Below, piece by piece: positions 49,607 through 63,140 of a stretch of 64,000 nt of DNA (position 1 is the first letter of the stretch; every line of letters begins with the position of its first letter). The notes below the pieces were generated by a model. It made no database searches and was not told where the DNA came from. It saw only the letters and a program-made list of their open reading frames with translations. The stretch is from Geosiphon pyriformis uo1 (lineage: Eukaryota > Fungi > Glomeromycota), in assembly GCA_016748015.1 (NCBI GenBank), contig JAAOMT010000429.1, positions 186,001-250,000 of the forward strand, written 5' to 3'. Made by a program: the position numbers and the translations under genes.

Positions 49607-50108
49607 AGTAATAGTAAGAATAATATTTTCATTTTTAATCTCCTCCCGTCTAAAAGTGGTTGGTCGATATTTTGAAAGTAATGAATTAAATGGTTTCATT
49701 TTTGCATCAAAGTCATAAAAATAAATATTTACATGAGTTTATTTTTCCTAACAAAAAATTTCTTTTAATATTGATTTTCTTTATAAAATCTTAAATCATT
49801 TCTTATCACACAAGCATTTCAAATATCCAAAGAAATTCTCCTGAATTATTTAATCCAAAGAGAACCAATAAAGAATCTACCCAATTTTCGACTCAAATAT
49901 AATTCTTTCTTATTCACAAAAGTCTTGATTTTGACCTATCGTATTAGGTCTGACAAATCTTTTATTTGGTTTTCTTCATTTGAATTTTTTTGTAGAATTG
50001 CTAAACTAATATTATATATATAATTACTGCGTTTGTGTGCTATTTACAATTTTTTAAAGTCCAGAAAAAATTTCCCACGTTATCACATGATAATTAAATA
50101 TCTAAATT

Positions 50109-51465
50109 TTAAACCTTCTGAGACCAAACCCTATACATCCTACATCCAGTTTCAAACTCTCGAAACTCACGTTCACATGTCCTCCATAAAGCTTTATACT
50201 CTTCCTCATTCTCTAAACCTAAAAACTCACTAATATCTGTATAATGAACTTGATGAAAATATACTCCTAACATATCTTGAAATAAAAGTCCGGTTTCACC
50301 ACCTCGTGGTCCGACAGAAATATGACGTATTGATTGATGAGTGTTTGAAAGTCCGTTCGATACTGCTAGAATGAGTTCGAACTTTCTTGCAATTTCCGGA
50401 TTAATACCTCGATGAATGAAAAATTGGAGTAACCCAGTCACGAGAAGTTTTGTGCTTGGTCCCATGTTGTATAATCCGAAATTTGGTTCCATTAACTATT
50501 GAAATTGAAATTGAAATTGAAAAAAAAATGAAAAGATTAAAATCAATTTCGAAAACAATTGAAAATTGGAAAAAACTCTAAAATAATTTGATTCAAAATA
50601 CCAACCTCTAACCAACCACCAGGACATAAGACCCTAGTCAATTCTTTAATAACCGTTAACCATTCGGCTTCGGTTAAGGTTGTAAAGAACATACTTATTC
50701 TGATAAATTCAAATGAATCGTTTTCAAATGGTAAACCGTCAAGAATATTTGCTTTTAAGAATTTAGCATTTCGTGGTATGTATCCAGAATTTGTTGAAGT
50801 GTGAAATGAGGATCCTAATAAATCGCAACCAATGAATTCTGACATTGGGTAAGCTTGTGCCATGTCTAACAACCATTGACCTGTTCCGCAGCTGTTAAAT
50901 ATAAAAAAAGATTATGGATTAGAATGAGAGTTTTAAATGGTTTAAAGGGAATCTTTGAAAATGAAAAGAAAACTCACCCAGCTTCCAAACATCTGGCGCC
51001 TGATAATAGGGAATCTTGTACTGGGGCGGAAAACTGATTATGCCATATGGACTGATCAAGATAATGTGAATATTGAGTTTGATCGGTCAATAATTTACGT
51101 GGTATCGATGATGTCGTCTTCGGTTCGAACTCATCGTTATGATCATTTAATTCAGCTTCAATTTCATTTATTGAGTAATAATTAATATGAGGGGGGTTTT
51201 TGGAGCAATTGTTTTTCCGAAATTTATGTTTTGAATTTAAATATTGATGATAATCGCCATTAATCGAATTAAATGAACATGTCGAAAATGAGGATGGGCT
51301 AGTGTTAGGGTTAGGGTTAGGGTTTATTGAAGATAAAGGTGTTTTTTTTGAATGTTGTTTTCGGTTGTACGGACGTTTTTTATTATGGGAATGTAAAGAC
51401 AATAAACTATGAGGAATAGAGTGACGATCGTGAAAATTGGTTCTTAGTGAATGAATGTTTCCCAT
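50109..51465 (-). CDS. Class I SAM-dependent methyltransferase, LaeA-like (MT3), 386 aa, 3 exons
   Basis: Exons 51465-50978, 50891-50606 and 50495-50109 (1161 nt, open). Motifs LEAGCGTG, GLPFENDSFE, RVLCPGGWLE. Confidence 0.9.
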
Positions 51466-54400
51466 TTTTTTGGAAAAAAAAAAATTGTGTGTTATGATAA
51501 GATGATTTGGAAATGTGGTTTTTGCTCAGTAGTTGGTTTCTTTTTCGCTTGGTTGCTTTGCTTTTTCTTGTTTGTATCAAGAAAAGAAAGAAATAAAAAA
51601 TAAAAAATAAAAAATAAAAATGCAACGAGAATTACTTTAGTCACTTCTAAAGAAATGATATAAAAAAGGGAAAATTGAGTTGTGTACTTTCTTTTCTTTC
51701 ATTTTCCTTGTCTCCTCCTATCTATACTTTTTTTGTTTTCCTCGGTGAAAAGTCCAGGCTAGTCCATGAAATCTATTAAAATACACCTTCACATCATTAA
51801 GAATTCCAGACCATAGTCTAGACCTCTTTTTAGACCATCCAGAGGTTAAAAATGGACACAATATCGTTTTTATGTCATAAAAGTATGGGAGGTTGACTTG
51901 GTAGTGTTACGATAAAGTTAATAATGTGTGATGTAGACTGCAGAAATGTGTTCTTTAGGAGGGGTAAAATAAATATTTGTGGTGACTCAAAGATTTGCGG
52001 TGCAGGAATTGAAAAACCTTGAAGCAATAAAAATTTTACTTAAAAAGGATAAAGGATAAAGAATAAAGTTTATTTTTTGAACCATATATGATTGAGAGTA
52101 GTGGGGATTATGTGTTTGTGTGCTTTTTTGTATGTTCCATGAATGATCTGGGCGTTATTTTCTTATTCCTTTCACTTCCTTAATGTGGTAAAATTTTTTT
52201 TAATTTCAAGTTTTTGCGGTGGGGGAATTAAAATTTTGATTCTTACATAATTAAAATAGAAGATTTGGGAAAAAATTTACTATTTCATTTTAAATATAAG
52301 CAACTAGAATTAATATCGATGGTCTGGGCACGGTTCTAATTTATAAGTTATTAAACTTTTGAAAGGAAAAATTATAAATTTCATTATCTTTCAATATATG
52401 AATTTGAATGACGAAAAACCTTAAAAAATAATAATAAAAAATATCTAATGATGCCGATCATGACAATTAAACGTTATTGGTTCATCATATTGTGTGTGTA
52501 AATATGATATTATTGATGCACGGGCCATAATTTGATCGACAAGATAACGAATAGGCATGGCAACATAAAATTACTCTTTCCCCACGTATTACGGGTTAAC
52601 CTAATGCATTTTATTCTCAAATGCAAAAGGACCAAAAAACATGTACGGAAAATCTAATTTCTTAATTTGGTTATTAATTTTTTTAATAGATATTTTCTTT
52701 CTTTATTAAAATGGATAGAATGGGATATTGTGGTAAGTTGATCAAAGTTTGCCAAGAAAGTTAGTTTTAATTGAGGATTAAAGATTATGATAAAAAAATT
52801 TTTAATATGAAAAATTTTTTAGGTTTCGCAAAAAACTGCTAGAATTTTCTAAAAAAATGTACTAGAAACAAAATCTCAAAAGATAAATAAAGAAAAAATA
52901 TTTGAGTTATTTGAGCATTAAGTCTGAATAAAATCTAATTAATTTTAAAAACAAATTCTTTAAAATTTCAATTTTAAGGTTGTGATATTTTTGATAATAT
53001 AGATCAAAATTTAAAACTTAGATTCTGTTAAAAATCAGAAAAAATTAAATAGTCTTAAAGTCTTAAAAAGAAAAAATTTTAACAAGTTTAACTATTATTG
53101 ATACTTTAGTGTTGAAAGAATTTAAAATTTACCAAATAAAAAAAAAAACAAAAGTATTTATAAAAAATTACATGAGAGGATGGACGAATACTAAAATTTA
53201 AAACATATTATGAATTTTTTTATAAACAGAAAAAATAATTTTTAAAATTCTAATGTTTAAAAATGTGTTTAATTTCAAAAATAATTTTCAAAATTATATC
53301 TTTTTATTATTAAAATAAAAACTTTTTGCTTCAAATCCAATTTTACAAGATTTTAAGAAAATCAAACTTTTTTTTTATTATAAAACAAAACCTAATAGGT
53401 CGTTACATGACCTACAAGTATAATCCAACCACCGACTATTCCCGTACAACGTAGTTATCGTACATTAGACGTGGATCGCGCTACAAACAAAACGTGACCA
53501 GCTACCTTCAAACTTTTTACCATTTTAAACGCGAAAAATAAATTAAAATATGTTTTTTTTTTGTATTCAAAGAAAAAACCAATAAATTATAAAAACATTT
53601 CATTTTTCATTACTTTTTACAAAAAATCAAATAAATAAATAAATATTGATAACTTTATAAAAAATTAGATACTTGCAATAATTTTTAAATTTTTTAAATT
53701 TAATGAGATTTTTTAATTATAAAAATTTTGTTCTATTCAATATAGAAATCTCTTTTGTTTCTTAATTTTTTTTCCAATTTTTGATTTTTTTCAAAAATTT
53801 GTATGATCACGTGATACAAAAATAATCCAATGAAAACTTCAATAATACTTGTCTTAAAATCGTTTTTACAAAATTTGTATCTAAAAAAAAAAGAGGATTT
53901 AAATAAATTCAACCCGGGCTATATGTTTATTAATTCATATAGTATATTATTTAATAATCTTAGCTTTGAATTTAATGACTTTTATTTAACAGAAATGTAA
54001 AAAAAAACATAAGTTACATTAAATTATAGGTATAATATAAGTAAATAAATATTTATTAATTAAAAATTGTTTAAAATTGATATTCATTTCTGATTGTATA
54101 AAATAATTCATTTAAGATTTTCAATACTATTAACACAAGCTATAATGAAATAAAAATTGATTTTTTTTCTTATTTCTAAAATACTAAACTCTAATAAATT
54201 CAAGATAATTGTTATTACTAAAAACATATTTTGAACCTAAGTTTTTTTTTATTTTACTATCAATTTTTAAAAAAAAACTTAAAAGCAACACAGTTAATTA
54301 GTCAATAACTTATGCATATAACAATAAATCAACTAATCAAATTAAAACAATCTATTTAAACACAAAAGTTTATCAAGTACATATTTAAAATTGAAAAGAG

Positions 54401-56693
54401 TAATTTTACAATTTAAAACAAAAAAATTAAACTTGAGCACTTGTAACAATGTTTAAAACAAGAAATTTTTACTAAATACAATTTTTCTGTAAAGTACCAG
54501 TTTTAACAACTACAAAATTAAGAGTTTTTTATATTTTTGGAAATAATAAAAATCAGAAAATTAAAAATGTCTTTTTGGTTTTTACAACATTACTTTGACT
54601 TCTTGAAATAATTATTCATATGTTAATTTGGATAAAAATATAAATCTTAACACACAGCTGTTTTGTATTTAAAACAAACAATACTTAGCTAAAAACAATT
54701 ACACAAATAATATAACCAAATAGTAATTTGTGTTTATTTTGATAAAAACATTTTATTACTACTGTTGTTTAAATAAAAAAATATTGGTTTTATTGATTAA
54801 ATTATTTAAATTAAAATATAATGTAAATTGTGCATAATAAATACTTTATTTAATTAAGTTTATATAGTAAAATTTGTAAGATTAATTATAAAAAACAATC
54901 AGAAAAGTTACAAAGAACAGTTGTTGTAATTTTTTAATAAAAAAAGTATTAATTTAAAGTACTTAGCAATTAATTTTGGTGAATTTGTAAAACTTAAAAT
55001 TTAAAATTTGTATATTAATTTATTTTTAAAATTAATCAAAATTTATTGACATATCAAATTTATTTAATCGTTGAATTATATTAATAACCAAGTTGTTTAT
55101 TTGGAAATTTTTTATTTGTTTTAATAATGTTGTATATATAAAAAAAAGTAAAAAAAACAACAACTTGAAATTACACTTAATTTGGTTTGGTTACTGTTGT
55201 TTTTTGTTAGCTAATTTTATTTTTATTTTTAAAATGTTTTTAAAATTCATATAATTTTTTCTATTGTGTTTTAGACTTATAATTAATAATAAAATAAAAA
55301 TTTGATGGTAATAAAAACCAATAAATTTGTGTTTAATTAAGTATTTAAATCATATTAAAATATTCGAAATTTTATGATTACAAAGCCCAATTATTTTAAA
55401 TTGTGTTTTATTTAAGAAATAATAATAATATTTTTTAATGCCTTAATAATAACTGAAAGTTTTTTTGTTATAAATGTATAATTAATTTTTGTTAAATTAA
55501 ATAAAAAACTACTAAATTTAATAATCAATTAGTATGTATTTAGAAAAACTGTATTCAAATATAATAAAAGAATTTGTTTTAATAATTATGATTTTTTAAA
55601 TTTTTATAAACCAAGATAAAAATCAAAGTAAATGCTTTTTAAATGGTTAAATGTTTTAATTAGTATATTATATTATTTTAATAATATTTTTTTCTGAATA
55701 AGGTTTGCAAAAACCAATCACTTTTAAAAAATCTTTAATAAAATATTTATAAAAATTTGCAAATGTAAAAAAAAAATTTGACCATTACAACTCTTTTTGA
55801 TTAAATATACATTAATCTGAATTTAAATAAAATTCAGTTTGACGAAATTTTTTTTAAACCAATTGCATATAATAATTGTATTCTTTTCAATTATTTGAAA
55901 ATACCAAAATAATAATAGTGTTTTTAAAATAACTGTGTACACTAAAATCTTGAATGCAGTGTCATGATGTCTTATAGAAATATAATTTTTTTTTAAAATT
56001 GTATTGTTTGAATTTTTTTCTTAAGTAATGTTTTAAAAAATAATTTTTTAATTAACTAAAGTTTATTCGTTTCAAAATACAAATAATGCGTAAAAAGTTA
56101 TACAACACTATCTATTTAGTAAAAGTTAACTTTTTACAAGTTGTTTGTAAAATTGAATTTGTCTGTTTGAGCCACCTTCAATTTAGATGGAATAATTTAC
56201 TAGTTTCTATTGTGACTATACAACTTGAAATCTCTTGTTTGAAAATAGGTTTGGATATCGATCAAATATAAATGATATTTACAATGTGCCTGCTGATTCT
56301 GATTTTGATTTATCTGGTGATTTCTTTCAACTGGAATTGTAATTGATCTTCAAGTGTCTTCAAAACTCTCTTTTTTATTATTAAGTTTGAGAAATTTGTA
56401 GTCAGATGCAAAAATTGATTTGGCCTTTAGTTAAGATAGTAATGATGGATTAATGCGTAGTATGTATGAAATTGAAGACGATATTTAATTTGGAATAGAT
56501 GAAGAATTTAAGAGAGGAATTGGTTTTTTTTATTTAAATTTAAAGGTACTTAATTGATTTCTTTTGCTTGACAATTTCTTTTTTTTTTTAAAAAAAAAAA
56601 AATATCGAAACCAAAAAACCAGATAAAGGGAACTCAGATTACAGTCCAAATAAGAGTTCAAAAATTCATTCGCTTACCCTACCCCGTCACTTC

Positions 56694-56720
56694 CACGTGA
56701 TCTTCCCATGTCTATATAAA
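56694..56720 (+). promoter_or_regulatory. Putative core promoter of the CRN gene (CACGTG and TATATAAA)
   Basis: CACGTG at 56694-56699 and TATATAAA at 56713-56720, about 40 nt before ATG 56757. Confidence 0.35.
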
Positions 56721-56756
56721 TACAGATAAATTCTCCCCATTGCTTCACCTTTCCAC

Positions 56757-58754
56757 ATGTCTCAACTGACTGAGTCAAGACGTTCTGCAAGGATAGCTGG
56801 GGAGGTTGCACCACCTCTTGAGCAACCCATTTCTGTTTTCTGCCTTGTGCAGGGTGAATCAAAAGAGAAGGCATTTGCGGTTGATATTGAAAAAAGCAAA
56901 ACAGTTTCCCACCTTCGAGAACAAATATGGGAGAAGAGGCAACATACTTTCAGCAATGTTGATGCACCGGAACTTACCCTCTGGGCAGTGTCTGTACCGA
57001 TAGGAGATGGAACAGTACAGATTGACTTGACTCAAGTTGAGAAACGCAAGTTACTTCTTAGGTCAAAAATTGTTAATGTAATATCAGAATATGAACTCAC
57101 CAATGAAGGTTTTTATATCGTCATAGAGCCACCAGCAGGTACTTCTTTTATACTATGATACTGTTTTATTATTGTTTGTGCTAGCTTGTATGTTATTAAT
57201 CTCCTTTTCATCTATCCATATTTTTGTTTATTCAACCTACTGTAAAGCATTTCGGGTAAGTTTTCTATGAATACGTATGGCTCAGCTATCTATCCATGCT
57301 TTTTTCTGACTTGTACCCTTCCTGAAATTTTCACAAGCTCCTACTATCATAGAAAGTCGAAGTTTAAATACACCTAAAATTCAAGACATAGATCTTCCAT
57401 CAAGTGCTTCCCAGCCCAAGAAACTTCGTAAGATACAGGCAGATGAGCTAGTTCTATGTGCTCGTCCTGCTGAATGTGTTGGCCCACCGGTACATATGTA
57501 TCATAAGGTTTTTTCCAAGTTCCCATTTGACTACAATGACGAGAACCTTGAACCGTCTGCTACACTCTGTCGATGGACTATAAAATTTATCCGTTCCATG
57601 ACAGACATCTATGGTGATGAAGATGGGAGGCAAGCTGCGCTTCATGATTTTGTTTGCAGGCTTACGAACGATTCCACAACCGATAGATTTTGTGATGGTA
57701 TGATAGAATGCCAAACTGCCATTGGTAAAGGCACTTATTGTCAACATTGAGATAAAAAATGAATTAGGCACAGGGAATTGTGATCCTTACCCACAGGGAA
57801 TTTTTCATATTCTAAATATTGGGGACGTGAGAAGGTAGTTTTTTACGCATTGATGTTAAATAGCAACCATAGATGCTATTATACATATTATTATTAATAA
57901 ATAATTCTAGTTTCAAAAGTTTCGTCGTCGGAGCAACTGCCCATCATTTATCATTGCTATGGTTGGGCCGTGGATCTGCATTGCAGGTGCTGTATACCTC
58001 GAGAAACCTGTGATTGATCCTCTTACAAACTATATATCTTTAATGGAAACTTATGACACCAACCATAAGCATCGGATTGCACGACTCTTCGAGGCCTTCA
58101 GGAATGGTGTTGACAATTTAAAGGCATTTTATCAACAGAATATATTGACCAAACCAAGTAATCTCGAGTTTTTGTACCCGTTTCCTTGTCAATATGTCAA
58201 TGGACAATCAACTGTAGGATTTAGCTATGTAGAACCTTTGAAAGTAGACAGTGTAAAACACTGGAAGGCACGCAATGCCGAGGGACAGGATATTATCATC
58301 AAGTTTACCCAGCGTTATAACGAGGCAGCCCATAATCTATGTGCTGAGAATAATATGGCACCTCGACTGCTATATGTCGGTAATGAGGTGTATGGATGGT
58401 GCATGGTGGTAATGGGGGGTAACACTTAGTCAAGCAAATCTCACCCGGGATAATTATCTGAAAGTTCTTAAAAAAGTCACCAAAGCCATCAATCTACTTC
58501 ATGAAAACAACATAGTCTTTGGTGATTTACGTCCTCCAAATATAATGATTCAGCAAAACGAGGGGCACTTTCATGTTAAATTGATTGACTTTGATTGGGC
58601 AGGGCGTGATCAGATTGATTGCTATCCTTTTTTTATGAATCATGTGCAAATCAAATGGCCTGAAGGAGCCAGTGATGGAAAGGTACTGTATAAAAAACAT
58701 GACCTTGATATGTTGAAGGATTTGAAAGACAAAGCAGATGAACTCAGAACGTGA
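56757..58754 (+). pseudogene. Crinkler (CRN) family gene: ubiquitin-like header, REase-like domain and protein kinase-like domain, with two frameshifts
   Basis: Header VFCLVQGE..AFAVDI..TVSHLRE..LTLWAV..YIVIEPP; DG..EIKNELG..DPYPQ; IIIKF, VFGDLRPPNIM, LIDFDWAG. Frameshifts near 57727 and 58415. Confidence 0.85.
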
Positions 58755-59272
58755 TATATTCTATAGATTTGCTTTATTCGCAAAAAAGAGAATCTTAATG
58801 TAAAAAAAGCTACAAATAATATAATTTACATATAGGATGATCTTTATATATGAACATAAAAAATAATGAATGTAATGGCTTTATTGAATATGAAAAAACA
58901 AAAAGTTTGCTAAAACGCATGAAATATTTTAAGCTCTTTCCAAACCAAAGTAAGATAAATTCTTAATTACTTTTTTGCAAGTTTTAAAAAAGACACCATA
59001 TATTTTGCAAGTTATGGCATCAATTAACACGTTATATTGAATTATGAATCCAAAATGAATTTATCTAATATGTGTTAAAATTTCTAAAATAGCTTGCATT
59101 ATAATACTTACAAGAAGTAAAAAGCAAAAATTTACTGAAAAAATAAAAAGAACATCTGATTAAAAGTAAGTTAAAAAGAAACTATTACAAAACTAGTAAA
59201 AAGAACAAAAAAATTGGTAATTTAGCATTTATAACAAAAGTAAAATTGATTATTGTAATATTAATGCTACTG

Positions 59273-59273
<1 letters not shown>

Positions 59274-59312
<39 letters not shown>
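59274..59312. repeat. (TTA)13 microsatellite
   Basis: Read directly. Confidence 0.93.
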
Positions 59313-59313
<1 letters not shown>

Positions 59314-62300
59314 GCACAAAATATCTATGGTTTGTATTTTAATTAACAAAGAAATAAGATTCATTATATTAATTTACATTTATTTGGTATTTTAGACAAA
59401 ACAGTATACAAATAAATAAGAAAATTATATTTTCAATGAAAATATAATTATAAAAAAAGTATTAATAGCACAGTTAGTATAATTTTCAATAGAATTAAGA
59501 GATTAAATAAAAACAAAAAACATTTAAAAATCATCTACAATAATGTTAATAAACAGAATAAAAATAATGTTATTTTTTAATTTTTTTTATATTTGGTAGT
59601 ATACGATTATTATAAAAATATTAAATTCAAGTGTAATAATAAGTTTGAATTGATTAAAAAATTATATCAAAAAACATCATTAAGATTGTAGAAAAATTTA
59701 AGTAAAGCTGGATTAAACAAAACTCAATACTATAAAAATAAATAAAGCTTTCAATATTTAAATTTTTATTTTGTATTAAAAATTTTTTTTAAAAAAATTA
59801 AATGGTTTACAAAATACCAGCATTTTTATTTAATTTAGAATTGATCAAATCGAAATAATTGCTAATAATACTTTTAATAAATTTAATTTTGGCAAAAGCT
59901 AGAAAAACAAATGTTTTTAAAATTACTAAACAAAATTAAATCTTTGTTTATTTTAAATATGAAAAAGCTAAAATAAGAGAATAATATACTATTAATAGTA
60001 TATTATATTCTAAAATAATTTTTGGCAGTTCGAAAAGCAAAAACAGGTATGGATTCCTATTTTATTGTTATTTTTTGCAGTGAAATTAATATTTTTTCCT
60101 GGTGGAATTTGTTTTTTATTATTTTAATACAATTATGAAAATAAGAACTCATAAATATCAAATTTTACAGATTAAAAGCCTGTAAATTTATAAAAATATA
60201 ACAATAATTTTATATGTTTTGAAAGTAGACTTATCACTTGATTATATATTAAAAATTATTAACTAAGTTAAATTTTTTATAATAATTGGTAATAATTTCT
60301 TTATTCAAATTTCAATGAATTTTTTGTTTACAAACAGCATATTTAACTGCTGTTTTTGTTTGTTTATATTGATATAAATTTATTTATTAAAATTCTATTT
60401 GGCATATGCTTTGTCAAAATGAGATTTAATGTTTTAAAAGCAATATAACATAAGCTAATTTAGAAACAACCACAATTATTTTAAGTATGTCTTTACAACA
60501 CTTGAATAAATTTCTATGTAGTTAAGCCTTAAATATAATTTACTCTAAATTTTTGTCGTATTAAAAATATTTGGTTAATTAATTAATATTTAACAAAAAT
60601 CATATTTTATTCTTTCAACATTTTTATTTTTCTATTCTTGTACTTATAAAAGTCTTTTACCAATTTTTTGTCATTATTTCATGAATTATTAAATTATTAA
60701 ATGTTTATATTTTAATAATATTTGGATGTATTTGTTTTTTATCGTTTTTTATTATTTAATTTCTTGATTAAAAAATTATTAACATGTAAATTTGGGTTCA
60801 TATTTTTTTTAAGATATAATTTCTAAAAGATGTGTCTTTTATTATATATACAAAATATTAATTTATTGTGTGTTAACAAAATATGTATTTTTTGACTTAA
60901 ACATAATAATTAATAGTTTTATTTTAAACTTGACGCTTGCTTAAAATTTTACATAATATTAATATATAAAATAGCATGTACATAAAATCATTAATTTTTG
61001 CTATTTTAAACATATTGTTTATTTTTAAATATTGATATTATATTAATTTTATTTTTTATCTGTTTTTTTCAATTGGTTAGGTGTTTTTAATAAGCTGTTG
61101 GTAATTTTTACCATTATTTTACTATTTTTTAAAAATAAAAAAAATTGTTTTTATAACTTGTCTATTTTTCGCTCATTTTTATCAATGTGTTTTTAGAAAC
61201 TTGTTTATTTCAACAAACGATCAATTTTAATTTATTTGTTTAATTGATAATTAATCGTTTTTTTCTTTTTACATTTATTAATGTATATATATTTTTAATA
61301 ACTTATTATTGTTATTAATATCAGTATTTTCATAATTTTTATTTTATTTAATTCAATTTTAAATTATTTTGATAAATTAAATTCAAATAATTTTGAGCTT
61401 TTAAAAATATTTTATATGATTTATTATGTTCTAATTTAATAGTTAATCAATTAAAATTATTTTTTATTTGACAAAAATTTAAACTATAAATTTTATTATA
61501 AATATAAAAAATATTTTTAATAATATTTTGAATTTTATAAAATAACATAAGATTAATAATTTCTATTCATAAAATATTTTTTTTTAGTTAAAAATATTTT
61601 TGAATTTATATATTTGTTTGGTATTTAATTAATATATACACCAAACTTAATAAAATAAGTGATATTTTTAGTTAATCATTTTGTTAATTAATTTACATCT
61701 AGTTAGTCATTCTTTAATTAATAATTTTTAGTTAATTACCTTTTTAATTATTCACCTTTATTTACCAATATATTTTTTTTAATTATAATAACCTTAATTA
61801 TATGTGAATTTATTAATAAGCTATACAAAATTTAATAAATAAAAAATTAATCAATACAAATTATTATATTTGATCTCTGCTTATTTTTATTAACCTTGTC
61901 AATTTATTTTAACAGAATCTCCACTTTGTGATATATAAATTTAACAATATTAGATTATTGGTTTAATTATAAGAACATCAATTCGAATTTGAAAATGTCA
62001 CTTAAAGTTTTATGGTACTGGATAATTAGTACAAAATTTAAATTAGGCAAAACCAATAAAAAAAAAACAATTAAATGTGATTTTTCATTGTAAAAATAAG
62101 AGAAAGTGTTAAAAACTTCATTATCATATTCTAAACATGAAATCTAAAAATATGTTACATTCAAAAGCTTAAAAAACTTTTTAACAGTAAAAATCAATAA
62201 TTTTGTCTACAAAAACTTTTTCAAGGGACTTAATTCTTGTGCATTGATTTAAATATTTTGATTCAAGTATTGTTAATTATTAGCCAACCCCATAAATTGA

Positions 62301-62371
62301 TTTGATTACAAATCGTTATTTTTAATAATTTAATGAATGTTGAAAAAAGTAAAATGAGATAAATAAAAGCA

Positions 62372-63140
62372 TGCCATTGCTAGCTCATCAATCAAAAACT
62401 GGATAAACTGGCAGCATAGTGTTCTCTTCGGTCAATTACAGACTTAATTCTAAAGTTTACACGGTGATAATGACTAAAAGACATACTGAAGATTTAAGAA
62501 ACCTCATGCCTCAAGAATGTACGAATATTCTGGCCGTGCTGAAATACAATATTGAAAAGATTAATAATGTTTATCATCCTTGTAGGGATTTTTTAGAGAT
62601 CCTATCGGAAAATTATCCGGAGCCAATGAACCGCTTCACTTTTATGTGCGAGTAGTGCTTAAGTATAAAGAAAAGTAGGGTAATGTAGAAGTTAAACGTA
62701 AACCAGCAGAGCAAATGAGACAGATTTCAGAAGCCCTACAACCTCATCAAGATAAAGTGATTACAGAAAATTCAAGATAATGGCTAAATTGTAGAGTGAT
62801 TTGTGGTTCATCCTCATTTCCCTAAAAATAAATTATCTAACAAATTAATGCTATGAATCCCAAAACTTGAGCTGAGCTGCGAGAAATGTTAAAAGAGTTA
62901 ATGAAAAAGATGGAGATGAATGTTTGTTACGATCTCGTTTTTAAAATTATGCTAGGAGAGAGGTTAGAAAGAAAGAATATGACAAAAAAGAAGTAGGAGT
63001 CCCTAATCATTCAGAATCTGAGATTACGGTGATTATGTATCTTAAATATGAAGGGAAAAGATGAGTGGATGCCGAACGAAGCTAGACTTACTCCAAGAGG
63101 TTATAAAAAATATGTACTTTATCTCACATTTAGAATTAAC
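62372..63140 (+). pseudogene. Disrupted ORF of unknown family
   Basis: Island of higher GC with coding-like stretches (62419-62655; MNPKT*AELREMLKELMKK..) broken by stops. Confidence 0.3.

Noticed and set aside
49430-49699. 89-aa ORF with a poly-lysine run
   Set aside because: It is a translation of the T72 homopolymer, with no other coding evidence.
51305-51322. (TTAGGG)3 telomere-like repeat
   Set aside because: Only three units, lying in MT3 exon 1 where they encode a low-complexity NPNPNP stretch.
54300-55400. Possible ghost MULE-type transposase
   Set aside because: Only a TNN-like trace is visible; too decayed to support.
57248-57255. Possible 8-nt microexon in the CRN gene (AG|CATTTCGG|GTAAG)
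   Set aside because: Including it breaks the frame; direct splicing from 57138 to 57338 or 57353 keeps phase.
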